A stretch of DNA of 64,000 nucleotides. It comes from an uncultured Eubacteriales bacterium (GTDB taxonomy: Bacteria; Bacillota; Clostridia; Oscillospirales; Acutalibacteraceae). Made by a program: the position numbers and the translations under genes. Within the stretch, counting starts at the first letter, position 1, and each line of letters opens with the position of its first letter. Of the stretch, positions 1 to 8,845 are shown piece after piece. Where the stretch lies: positions 24,007-88,006 of the forward strand of contig UQEY01000004.1 in the NCBI GenBank assembly GCA_900540235.1. The letters run 5' to 3'. The notes under the pieces are model-generated. The model searched no databases and had not been told where the DNA came from. It worked only from the letters and a program-made list of their open reading frames with translations.

Positions 1-1
1 A

Positions 2-223
2 GTCGGAATTTCTTCATCAGTAAATGTCTATATTCCGAAAAAGCTTAAAGAAAGTGTAAATAAGCTTGGAGGAGTTTCAAACATATTAAGAATAAATGAG
101 TCTGACATCGAAGTTAGAAACCCAAAAAAGGTCGATACAATTAATTTTAACTGTGAAGTGAAAGAAAATAAAATTATTGTTGAAAAATCATTGATAGATA
201 ACTTGAAAGAATACATTGAGTGA
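2..223 (+). CDS. 3' end of a gene truncated by the window edge; possibly a degenerate PTS EIIB-like C-terminal domain
   Basis: Frame 2 is open from the window start to TGA at 221-223 (VGISSSVNVYIPKKLKESVNKLGGVSNILRINE...EYIE*). LGGxxNI is reminiscent of EIIB domains. Not in the ORF track. Confidence 0.5.
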   Translation, partial: VGISSSVNVYIPKKLKESVNKLGGVSNILRINESDIEVRNPKKVDTINFNCEVKENKIIVEKSLIDNLKEYIE

Positions 224-246
224 TATATAATTTTTTTGGTGATTGT

Positions 247-918
247 ATGAATGTAAGAGAAGAATTATTTAAAAATCAAGATGTAAAATACGGCGATTTT
301 CATTCAAAATTAATTCCCGATTATGACAGAAACGAAGTAATCGGAGTTAGGCTTCCTGTTATTAAAAAAATTGCGAAAAAAGCGGCAAAAGAAGATGCAG
401 AATTTGAAGCTCAATACTATGAAGAAAAAATGGTCAAGGGTTTGCTTATTGCATATAAAAAAATCAGCTTTAATGAGCGCTTGGATGAGCTTGAAAAATT
501 TGTGCCTCTAATTGATAATTGGGCGGTTTGTGACTGCTGTTCAAGTGCATATAAATTTGCTAAAGAAAATCTTGATGAAGTTTGGAAATTTATAATTAAA
601 TATAAAAACGGCAGTGAATATGAAATTCGCTTTATGGTTGTTATGATGCTTGATTACTTCTTGATTGATGAATATATTGACAGGGTAATTGATATATTGT
701 CAAGCATTAAGAGAGATGAGTACTATATAAATATGGCTATAGCTTGGACTTTGGCAACTGCTTATGTTAACTACAGCGATAAAGTGCTCAATCTTTTGAA
801 AAATAATGCTTTATCACCTTGGGTACATAATAAAACAATTCAAAAGTGCGTTGAATCTTACAGGCTAAACGACGAAGACAAAACATATTTGAAAACTTTA
901 AAAATTAAAACGAGATAA
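247..918 (+). CDS. AlkD-family DNA alkylation repair protein
   Basis: Motifs IGVRLP, IDNWAVCD and YYINMAIAW. ATG at 247 preferred over the GTG at 220. Confidence 0.85.
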   Translation: MNVREELFKNQDVKYGDFHSKLIPDYDRNEVIGVRLPVIKKIAKKAAKEDAEFEAQYYEEKMVKGLLIAYKKISFNERLDELEKFVPLIDNWAVCDCCSSAYKFAKENLDEVWKFIIKYKNGSEYEIRFMVVMMLDYFLIDEYIDRVIDILSSIKRDEYYINMAIAWTLATAYVNYSDKVLNLLKNNALSPWVHNKTIQKCVESYRLNDEDKTYLKTLKIKTR

Positions 919-1105
919 ACTACTTATTATGTTTTTGGGTAAAGACTCTTTACAAAGTAAATTAAATGATTTTTAATTAATTGGATATTTTATTAAAAAA
1001 CTTTACATATTTACTAATAAAATGAGGAAAATATCTGCCCTTAGTAAGCTTCTTTTTAATGCGTAAACAAAAAACGCTACTTTTTCGCATCGCTTAATTT
1101 TATTG

Positions 1106-1134
1106 TTGACATTGCAAAAATAGGTAACTATAAT
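1106..1134 (+). promoter_or_regulatory. sigma-A promoter
   Basis: TTGACA (1106-1111), 17 bp spacer, TATAAT (1129-1134), upstream of the MATE gene. Confidence 0.8.
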
Positions 1135-1172
1135 ACAGTTGAAATAAAAATTATCAAAGGAAAGCGATTGTT

Positions 1173-2552
1173 TTGCATAGTAAAAGTAAAAAGACAAACG
1201 GTTCAACTTTATTAATGACTGAAGGCAATATTTGGAAACTTTTAATAGTATTTTCAATTCCTCTTATTCTCGGTAATCTTCTTCAGCAAATGTATAATAC
1301 TGCCGATTCAATCATTGTCGGTAATTTCGTCGGCAGTAACGGTCTTGCAGCAGTCGGCTCCGGCACAGCACTCATTAATTTGATTATTGCTTTTGCTCAG
1401 GGTGCAGCTGTAGGTGCAGGTGTTGTTGTGTCGCAGTATCTTGGTGCTAACAAAAAAGAACAGATAAAAATATCTGTACATACTTCAATGTGTATTGCAA
1501 TAATATTAGGCATTATATTATCGCTTTTGGGTGTGTTTTTAAGCCCTACTTTGCTTGAAATGATGAAAACTCCAAAAGAAGTATTTAAAGATTCTTCTTT
1601 GTATCTTCAAATTTTTTGCGGCGGCTTGATTTTTAATGTTATATATAATATGGCAACAGGTATTTTAAATGCCGCAGGTAATTCAAGAAAGCCGCTTGTT
1701 TACCTTGCCGTAGCTTCAGTAACAAATATTATTCTTGACCTTCTTCTTATCGGTGTGTTCAAATTAGGTGTTATGGGTGCGGCTATTGCAACAGATATAA
1801 GCCAAGCACTCTCCTGTATACTCGCTGTCGGTTATCTTTTAAGAGTTAAATCTGATTATAAGCTTTACATAAAAGAGTTAAAAATCAATAAAGATATAGC
1901 AATTAAAATTATCAAAATCGGTTTACCTACCGCAATTCAAAATATGGTTATATCTTTTTCAAATGTACTTGTTCAGTCAAGTGTTAACGCTTACGGCGCA
2001 ACCGCTATGGCTGGTTATGCGGCATATCTTAAAATCGACGGTTTCAATATTCTGCCTGTTCTAAGTATCAGTATGGCTATTACAACATTTACCGGTCAAA
2101 ATGTCGGCGCAAACAAACTCGACAGAGTTAAAAAGGGTATGTATACGGCGCTTATTATGGGCATAATTTATACAATTTTTATCGGCGCTGTTTTGCTTCT
2201 TGCTTCTCATACTGTATTAGGCTTTTTTACACCTGATGAAAATGTTATAAAATACGGTCAAATTGCAATGAAGTATTTCTGCCCGTTCTATTTCCTTTTG
2301 GGTATTCTTAATATTCTTGCAGGTACAGTCAGGGGAGCAGGTAAAGGCGTTCCGCCTATGCTTATACTTCTTTTTTCAATGTGTGTTTTCCGTATTTTGT
2401 GGATAAAAATTGCACTTCCGTTTTATGATTCTATTGACGGCGTATTTATTCTTTATCCTATTTCGTGGGTCGTCGGCGCTGTGCTTATGGCTTTTTATAC
2501 AAAGTTTGGCAAATGGCTTCCGCATCAGCAACTCGCAAAGCAAAATAAATAA
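1173..2552 (+). CDS. MATE family efflux transporter
   Basis: GNLLQQMYNTADSIIVG and NIILDLL motifs, ~12 TM segments; TTG start after AAAGGA. Confidence 0.92.
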   Translation: MHSKSKKTNGSTLLMTEGNIWKLLIVFSIPLILGNLLQQMYNTADSIIVGNFVGSNGLAAVGSGTALINLIIAFAQGAAVGAGVVVSQYLGANKKEQIKISVHTSMCIAIILGIILSLLGVFLSPTLLEMMKTPKEVFKDSSLYLQIFCGGLIFNVIYNMATGILNAAGNSRKPLVYLAVASVTNIILDLLLIGVFKLGVMGAAIATDISQALSCILAVGYLLRVKSDYKLYIKELKINKDIAIKIIKIGLPTAIQNMVISFSNVLVQSSVNAYGATAMAGYAAYLKIDGFNILPVLSISMAITTFTGQNVGANKLDRVKKGMYTALIMGIIYTIFIGAVLLLASHTVLGFFTPDENVIKYGQIAMKYFCPFYFLLGILNILAGTVRGAGKGVPPMLILLFSMCVFRILWIKIALPFYDSIDGVFILYPISWVVGAVLMAFYTKFGKWLPHQQLAKQNK

Positions 2553-2557
2553 CGGTA

Positions 2558-2585
2558 TTGACAATATTCAGACTTATGATATAAT
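2558..2585 (+). promoter_or_regulatory. sigma-A promoter with extended -10
   Basis: TTGACA (2558-2563), 16 bp spacer ending in TGn, TATAAT (2580-2585). Confidence 0.8.
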
Positions 2586-2591
2586 ATCTTC

Positions 2592-2673
2592 ACGAAAATT
2601 AAGTTGTGGATTTTTCCTGATATTTTATCACCTTTTCGCCACGCAACTCTTAATGGGTTGCGTGGCTTATTTT
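2592..2673 (+). promoter_or_regulatory. 5' leader with terminator/antiterminator (candidate riboswitch or attenuator)
   Basis: Hairpin GCCACGCAACTC/GGGTTGCGTGGC followed by TTATTTT lies between the promoter and the RBS. AGTTGTG (2602-2608) can alternatively pair with CGCAACT (2642-2648). Confidence 0.65.
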
Positions 2674-2693
2674 ATGCCCAAAGGAGACCGGCT

Positions 2694-4031
2694 ATGAAAA
2701 ACGAAACTTTTATGAAAGAAAAACCTGTGTTGCCTCTTATAATTTCAATGGCACTTCCTATGGTTATTTCAATGTGCGTAAACTCGCTTTATAATATTGT
2801 TGACAGCTTCTTTGTAGCCAAAATCAGTGAAGACGCAATGACAGCCTTGTCGCTTATATTTCCAGTTCAAAATTTTATTAATGCAGTTGCTATCGGTTTT
2901 GGAGTCGGTATTAATGCAGTAATTGCTTTTCAACTGGGTGCAAAAGATGCAGAAAAAGCCGATTCTGCCGCTACTCAGGGTCTTGTTTTGTCGCTTATTC
3001 ACGGGGTAGTATTAACAGTTGTTCCTATTCTTATTATGCGTGTGTTCTTAACTGCGTTTACCAAAGATGAAACGGTTATTTCACTTGGCATACAGTATTG
3101 TAATGTTGTATTCTTGTTTACTGTTATTAATAGTTTGAATCTCTTTTTTGAAAAACTTTTCCAGGCTGTAGGCAATATGAAAATAACTATGATAGGCTTA
3201 ATGGTGGGATGTATAACAAATATTATCCTTGACCCGATTATGATTTTCGGCTTGCTGTTTATGCCAAAAATGGGTATCAAAGGTGCGGCACTTGCTACGG
3301 GTCTTGGCCAGTGCGTAACATTTTTGATTTATGTAATTTACTATATTGCAAAACCGTCAAGCGTAAAGGTTGATAAAAAGTATATAAGGCTTACAAAACA
3401 TATGGTATCAAAGCTTTATTCAATCGGTATTCCTGCAATTTTAAACCTCGCTTTGCCGTCGCTTCTTATTTCTTCTCTTAATGCGATTCTCGCTGCGTTT
3501 TCACAAGTTTATGTGCTTGTCCTCGGTGTTTACTACAAACTCCAAACTTTCCTTTATCTTACCGCTAACGGTATCGTTCAGGGTATGCGACCGATTATTG
3601 CATATAACTACGGCGCAGGTGAATATAAAAGAGTAAAGCAGATTTATAATTATGTGCTCATTATGATTGCGGCAATTATGGCATTGGGTACTGTTCTTTG
3701 TTTGGCAATTCCGACTAACATTATTTCACTCTTTACAAACTCACCTGAAACTATCAAAGCCGGTGCAACGGCTCTTAGAATTATAAGTGCAGGCTTTATC
3801 GTATCAAGCGTGTCTGTCACTTCCTGCGGTGCATTGGAAGGACTTAGCAAAGGCGTTGCGTCACTTATTATTTCTCTTTGCAGATATATTATCGTAATCA
3901 TTCCTGCTGCATTTATCTTGAGTCGTATTTTCGGCGCTGTAGGCGTGTGGCACGCATTTTGGGTTGCAGAACTTATTACTGCTGTCATTTCATATTTTGT
4001 GTATAAAAAGTCTGTAAAATTCAGTAAGTAA
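2694..4031 (+). CDS. MATE family efflux transporter
   Basis: SLYNIVDSFFVA and NIILDPIMIFG motifs; ATG 2694 follows AAGGAG. Confidence 0.92.
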   Translation: MKNETFMKEKPVLPLIISMALPMVISMCVNSLYNIVDSFFVAKISEDAMTALSLIFPVQNFINAVAIGFGVGINAVIAFQLGAKDAEKADSAATQGLVLSLIHGVVLTVVPILIMRVFLTAFTKDETVISLGIQYCNVVFLFTVINSLNLFFEKLFQAVGNMKITMIGLMVGCITNIILDPIMIFGLLFMPKMGIKGAALATGLGQCVTFLIYVIYYIAKPSSVKVDKKYIRLTKHMVSKLYSIGIPAILNLALPSLLISSLNAILAAFSQVYVLVLGVYYKLQTFLYLTANGIVQGMRPIIAYNYGAGEYKRVKQIYNYVLIMIAAIMALGTVLCLAIPTNIISLFTNSPETIKAGATALRIISAGFIVSSVSVTSCGALEGLSKGVASLIISLCRYIIVIIPAAFILSRIFGAVGVWHAFWVAELITAVISYFVYKKSVKFSK

Positions 4032-4080
4032 AATTATTATGCTTTTGTTGTAAACTAAATGATAATGTGTTATATTGAAA

Positions 4081-4096
4081 ATGAAAAATTTTTCAT
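4081..4096. promoter_or_regulatory. Perfect 16-bp palindrome, candidate operator
   Basis: ATGAAAAATTTTTCAT lies between a TGnTATATT -10-like element and the start codon at 4111. Confidence 0.4.
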
Positions 4097-4110
4097 CGGG
4101 GTTGTAATAA

Positions 4111-5484
4111 ATGAAATTTTATCAAATAACCGATTTGCATTATTATCCGGCAAGAGAGTTGAAAGCTGACGGTAAAGAATGGATATACCGTTCGACTTAT
4201 GACCAAAAGTGTATTGCCGAAAGTGAAGCAATACTTGACGCTACCATAGAAATGCTCCTTAGCGATAACGAAATTAACATTATTCTTATCACCGGTGACA
4301 ATGTTTGCGACGGTGAAAGAGTAGGGCACTTGTCGCTTGCAAAGAAGCTTCGCAAATTGACCGACGCCGGTAAAAAGGTGTACATAATTACAGGTACTCA
4401 CGATTTGCACCCTGAACCGAAGGGTTACAGCAAGGAAAAAGGCGAGTATATTGTTGACGGTTGCAGTAGGGAAGAACTTGAAGAGATTTACGGCGATTTT
4501 GGCTATAATGAAGCTATAGCTAAGCACCCTGAAACTTTTTCTTATGTTTCTCAGCTTGACGATAATACAAGGCTTCTTGCACTCAATGATGACGGCATTG
4601 GCTGGGAAGACGGTTTTCACGGATATTTTGATGACCAACTCAACTGGATAAAGGCACAGATAGATGATTGTCGCAAAGCAGGTCAAAAGATGATGGCAAT
4701 TACTCACCATCCGCTTCTTGCTCCAAGCCCGATTTATGAATTTTATTGCAAAAATCAAATGCTCGGTGATAATGAAAAGATTGCAAAACTTTTTGCCGAT
4801 AACGGTATTCAGTTCGTATTTACCGGTCACACTCATATGCAAAATATAAACTACTTTGATACCGAAAAGGGTAACAGAGTTTATGATATTAATACCGCTT
4901 CTTTAATCGGTTATCCAAGTCCTATCAGAAAAATGGAACTTACCGATAAAGAAATCATTGTAAAAACACTCCATCCGCAAAACATTAAATATGATTTTGG
5001 CAGCAAATCATATCTTGCTTACAGTCGTGACCATTTTGATTTTATGCTTAAAGATATTGTTGATTCAGCCGCTAATGATATTGACAGATTTGTTGAAGTA
5101 GCAGAATGTTTCAGTCTTCATAAAGAACAGTCGGAAAAAATTAAGCTGCCTATTCATATTCTCGGTAAGCTTCTCGATACTCTTACATTTAAAAAAGCCG
5201 GTATTGTTCTTGGATGTAAAAGCAAAATAGCACCGAGAATGTATAATGTTAAACTTGCCGATTTCATAATTACGCTCGTTCGTAATATCTATTCCGGTCA
5301 AGAATTATACGCTCCCGGTACTGCAGAATATGATTCTTTTATGGCTATATATCAAAGGCTTGCGCCTATTGCACACAAAATATTTAAGGGTAGTGAAATT
5401 GATGATGTTATAAAAGGTGTGCTTTATGACGACGGATACCCTGATAATGACGCAGTGCTCGAAGTGAAAGAATTTATCAACTAA
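4111..5484 (+). CDS. Calcineurin-like metallophosphoesterase
   Basis: Motifs TDLH, TGD, GTHD, THH and GHTH. Confidence 0.85.
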   Translation: MKFYQITDLHYYPARELKADGKEWIYRSTYDQKCIAESEAILDATIEMLLSDNEINIILITGDNVCDGERVGHLSLAKKLRKLTDAGKKVYIITGTHDLHPEPKGYSKEKGEYIVDGCSREELEEIYGDFGYNEAIAKHPETFSYVSQLDDNTRLLALNDDGIGWEDGFHGYFDDQLNWIKAQIDDCRKAGQKMMAITHHPLLAPSPIYEFYCKNQMLGDNEKIAKLFADNGIQFVFTGHTHMQNINYFDTEKGNRVYDINTASLIGYPSPIRKMELTDKEIIVKTLHPQNIKYDFGSKSYLAYSRDHFDFMLKDIVDSAANDIDRFVEVAECFSLHKEQSEKIKLPIHILGKLLDTLTFKKAGIVLGCKSKIAPRMYNVKLADFIITLVRNIYSGQELYAPGTAEYDSFMAIYQRLAPIAHKIFKGSEIDDVIKGVLYDDGYPDNDAVLEVKEFIN

Positions 5485-7307
5485 CTGAATATACTAAACA
5501 AAGCATTAATTACCGTGCAAATTATTATTCCGCTTAAAAGCGGCGTGATTATTGAAAGCAATGTGTACTTAATGCTTTTTGTTTCTTTGCCTATTGTTAA
5601 AAGCGTGGTTGCGCAAGGAAAATGAAACATACTGAAAATGCAGGCACATATAGCTGTTTTAATTGTCCAACCGTTTGAAATAAGTATTGTACTCAAGTTT
5701 TCTATCGACGAATAATCTTTCATAACATTTGTAGACAGATATGCCATCAGCGCTATCGGAAGTACTATTTCATTAGCGGGCAAGCCGAGTATAAACGCTA
5801 CAAGCATAACACCGTCTAAGCCTATTATTTTTCCAAATGGGTCAAGTTTAACAGATAATATATTAAGCAAACTTATACCGTTTACATCTATGTTTGCAAG
5901 TGCCCAAATTATTAAACCTGCCGGAATAGATACAATAACTGCACGAAACAGCACAAACAGTATCTTATCTCTGAAAGTTGACTTTATAACATTTTTAAAA
6001 TCGGGCACTCTGTATTTTGGAAGTTCAAAAATAAGCGAACCGCTTTTGCCTATCAGTGCGGTTTTACTCAGTATTTTTGAGCATATCATAGTAACTATTA
6101 CCGAAAAAACAATGAAAGATAAAAGTATCAGGCTTGCTGTGATTGAATTTTTAGCTAAGAATATTGATATAACGGCTATCAAAAACGGAAACCGACCGTT
6201 GCAAGGCGTTAATGAATTAGTAATTATGGCAATGTTTCTTTCTCTTTTTGAATCAATAATTCGTGCTCCGGTAACGCCTATTACATTGCAACCAAGTCCC
6301 ATACAAGTTGTCAGAGCTTGTTTGCCGCAGGCATTGCATTTTTCAAAAGGTGAGTCGAGATTAAATGCAAATCTCGGAAGTATGCCGAAATCTTCAAGAA
6401 GTGAAAAAAGAGGGAAGAATATGACAATCGGCGGAAGCATTACCGCAATAACCCATAAAAGCACTTTTAACATCCCGTCTACAAGTAAACTAATCAATAT
6501 TGGGGAAATGCCGGAATCAGTCATTTTGTTTGATAAGAATACTTCAAATTTACTGAATATATCGGATAAAAATTCACTCGGATAATTTGACAGCTTAATT
6601 GTTATAAACAGTATTAAACCGAATATTAAAAGCATAATTGGTATGCTTGTGTATTTACCGAGCAAAATTTTATCAAGTATTTCATCTCTTTTCTCTTTTT
6701 TAGACGGAATAGTTTTTATTGCTTTACTTGATACAAATTGTGCTTTTTCAAGTATGTTGTCGGTATCTATTTTGTCTATGTCTACATTTCTTTTGGTGTA
6801 GTAATCTTCTTCGTTTGTTACAACCAAATGTATTTCTTCAAGCAGTTCGTTAATGCCTTTTCCGCTTCTTGCTGTAGCTTTAATTACCGGAACACCGAGA
6901 AGATTTTGAAGTATGTTTTTATCTATTTCAATGTTTCTTTTCTTCGCTTCATCGCATAAATTTAAAAGTACAACGACTTTGCTTGTTATATCAAATATCT
7001 GATAAAAAAGCATAAGGTTTCTTTGAAGCAGTGTAGCGTCAATAACTATTACAACACAGTCGTAATTTTCGTTTAAAAGATAATTTCCTGCAACTTCCTC
7101 CTCTTTGCTTGATGCAATTAGACTGTATGTACCGGGCAAATCTATTAGCTCATAATTGTTATATTTGTAGTAATATTTGCCTATAGCCGAGTCTACCGTT
7201 TTACCGGTCCAGTTTCCCGTGTGTTGATGCATACCTGTTATTTCGTTAAAAACAGTGCTTTTGCCAACATTTGGGTTTCCCATTAAAAGAACTTTCTTGC
7301 TTTTCAT
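5481..7307 (-). CDS. feoB: Ferrous iron transporter FeoB
   Basis: GNPNVGKS, GNWTGKTV and DLPGTYS GTPase motifs plus a membrane domain with PCNGR. Confidence 0.92.
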   Translation of the reverse strand: MKSKKVLLMGNPNVGKSTVFNEITGMHQHTGNWTGKTVDSAIGKYYYKYNNYELIDLPGTYSLIASSKEEEVAGNYLLNENYDCVVIVIDATLLQRNLMLFYQIFDITSKVVVLLNLCDEAKKRNIEIDKNILQNLLGVPVIKATARSGKGINELLEEIHLVVTNEEDYYTKRNVDIDKIDTDNILEKAQFVSSKAIKTIPSKKEKRDEILDKILLGKYTSIPIMLLIFGLILFITIKLSNYPSEFLSDIFSKFEVFLSNKMTDSGISPILISLLVDGMLKVLLWVIAVMLPPIVIFFPLFSLLEDFGILPRFAFNLDSPFEKCNACGKQALTTCMGLGCNVIGVTGARIIDSKRERNIAIITNSLTPCNGRFPFLIAVISIFLAKNSITASLILLSFIVFSVIVTMICSKILSKTALIGKSGSLIFELPKYRVPDFKNVIKSTFRDKILFVLFRAVIVSIPAGLIIWALANIDVNGISLLNILSVKLDPFGKIIGLDGVMLVAFILGLPANEIVLPIALMAYLSTNVMKDYSSIENLSTILISNGWTIKTAICACIFSMFHFPCATTLLTIGKETKSIKYTLLSIITPLLSGIIICTVINALFSIFS

Positions 7308-7528
7308 ATTTTTGCCACCTCTATTCTTTTTGCGTCATTTTTTCTTATCGCAAGTTTGCTTGAACATATTTGATAAGCTATAGGTGAACGGTTTAAGCCG
7401 ATATTTTTACATTCGATAGTTTGACCCGAAAAAAGTCCCAATTCACAAAGCCTTTTTTTTAATTCGCAATTTTCGTCGATGTTAATAACTTTGCATATTT
7501 CATTTTCCTTCATATCACTTAATAACAT
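7304..7528 (-). CDS. feoA: FeoA family protein
   Basis: 74 aa with RLCELG and LAIRK; overlaps the feoB start. Confidence 0.88.
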   Translation of the reverse strand: MLLSDMKENEICKVINIDENCELKKRLCELGLFSGQTIECKNIGLNRSPIAYQICSSKLAIRKNDAKRIEVAKI

Positions 7529-7676
7529 ATTTTCACCCTTTCGTCGGTACTTTGATATAATTATTCTATGAAAAGAATGGAAAAATTGTTAAAATAGCAG
7601 GCTGTCTATTGAATTTATTTTCTTGCCGTGATATACTGTATGTAATAATTTTAATATTATTTAAGAGGTAATATTT

Positions 7677-8831
7677 ATGGGAAATCAATTTATTATGCCT
7701 AAGCAGGTATTTTACGGTGAAAATGCATTAAAGGACGCAAGTGATGTTATTGCTACTCTCGGCAAAAAAGCGCTTGTTGTTACCGACCCTATGATGATGA
7801 AACTCGGTACTGCTCAAATGGTTACCGACCTTCTTGACGAAAAGGGCGTGCATTATGCTATTTATTCTAACATTACAGGTGAGCCTACTGATAAAATGAT
7901 TGAATCGGGTCTTGATGTTTATAAAGACCAAGGTTGCGATTTTCTTATTGCTGTCGGCGGCGGTTCTCCTATTGACTCAATGAAAGCTATTGCCGCAGTA
8001 TCAACAAGCGGCGGCTCTATAGACGACTATATGGGCAAGGTTATTACTGCTCCTACCCCTCCAATGGTTGCTATTCCTACTACTTCTGGTACCGGTTCTG
8101 AAGCAACGCAGTTTACTATTATTACCAATACAGAAAAAGATATTAAAATGCTTCTTAAAGGTCCGGTACTTATGCCGGATGTTGCAATCGACGACCCTGC
8201 TTTTACCCTTACTGCGCCTAAGAGTGTAACTGCCGCAACCGGTCTTGACGCTCTTTGCCACGCTTCTGAGGCGTACACTTCACGCAAGGCTCAACCGCTT
8301 ACTGATGAATTTGCGCTTTCCGCTATTAAGAAGATATTTAAGTATCTTCCTGTTTGCTATAATGACGGCAGCAATGTTGAGGCAAGGGCACAGATGTCGC
8401 TTGCCGCTCTTGAAGCAGGTGTAGCATTTAATAACGCTTCCGTTACCGTAATTCACGGTATGAGCCGCCCTATCGGTGCGCTTTTCCATGTTCCTCACGG
8501 TATAAGTAACGCTATGCTTCTTTCAGCTTGCTTTGGATATGTTTACGATGGTGCATATGGTCGTTTTGCGGATATGGCTCGTGAAATCGGTGTTGCAACT
8601 AAGGAAGATAACGACGAAGCAGCTGCTAAGAAATTTATTGACGCTTGTAACGAACTTTGCAAAATTTGTGAAATTCCAACTCTTGAGAAATACGGAATCA
8701 ATAGGGATGAATTTTTTGCAAATATGGACAAAATGGCAGAAGATGCTATGGCTTCCGGTTCACCGTCAAACACTATTAAGGAAATAGGCAAAGATGATTT
8801 GCTTAATATTTATAGAGAACTTTGGAAATAA
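7677..8831 (+). CDS. Iron-containing alcohol dehydrogenase
   Basis: GGGSPID, PTTSGTGSE, DALCH, HGMS and HG motifs. Confidence 0.92.
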   Translation: MGNQFIMPKQVFYGENALKDASDVIATLGKKALVVTDPMMMKLGTAQMVTDLLDEKGVHYAIYSNITGEPTDKMIESGLDVYKDQGCDFLIAVGGGSPIDSMKAIAAVSTSGGSIDDYMGKVITAPTPPMVAIPTTSGTGSEATQFTIITNTEKDIKMLLKGPVLMPDVAIDDPAFTLTAPKSVTAATGLDALCHASEAYTSRKAQPLTDEFALSAIKKIFKYLPVCYNDGSNVEARAQMSLAALEAGVAFNNASVTVIHGMSRPIGALFHVPHGISNAMLLSACFGYVYDGAYGRFADMAREIGVATKEDNDEAAAKKFIDACNELCKICEIPTLEKYGINRDEFFANMDKMAEDAMASGSPSNTIKEIGKDDLLNIYRELWK

Positions 8832-8845
8832 AAGAAAGGAAAGTT

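Noticed and set aside
2604..2693. N-terminal extension of the second MATE ORF
   Set aside because: No RBS at 2604, the region holds a terminator hairpin, and AAGGAG precedes ATG 2694.
4093..6585. Long antisense ORFs (4093-4842 -, 5890-6585 +) and similar shadow ORFs elsewhere
   Set aside because: They lie opposite well-supported genes and show no recognisable motifs.
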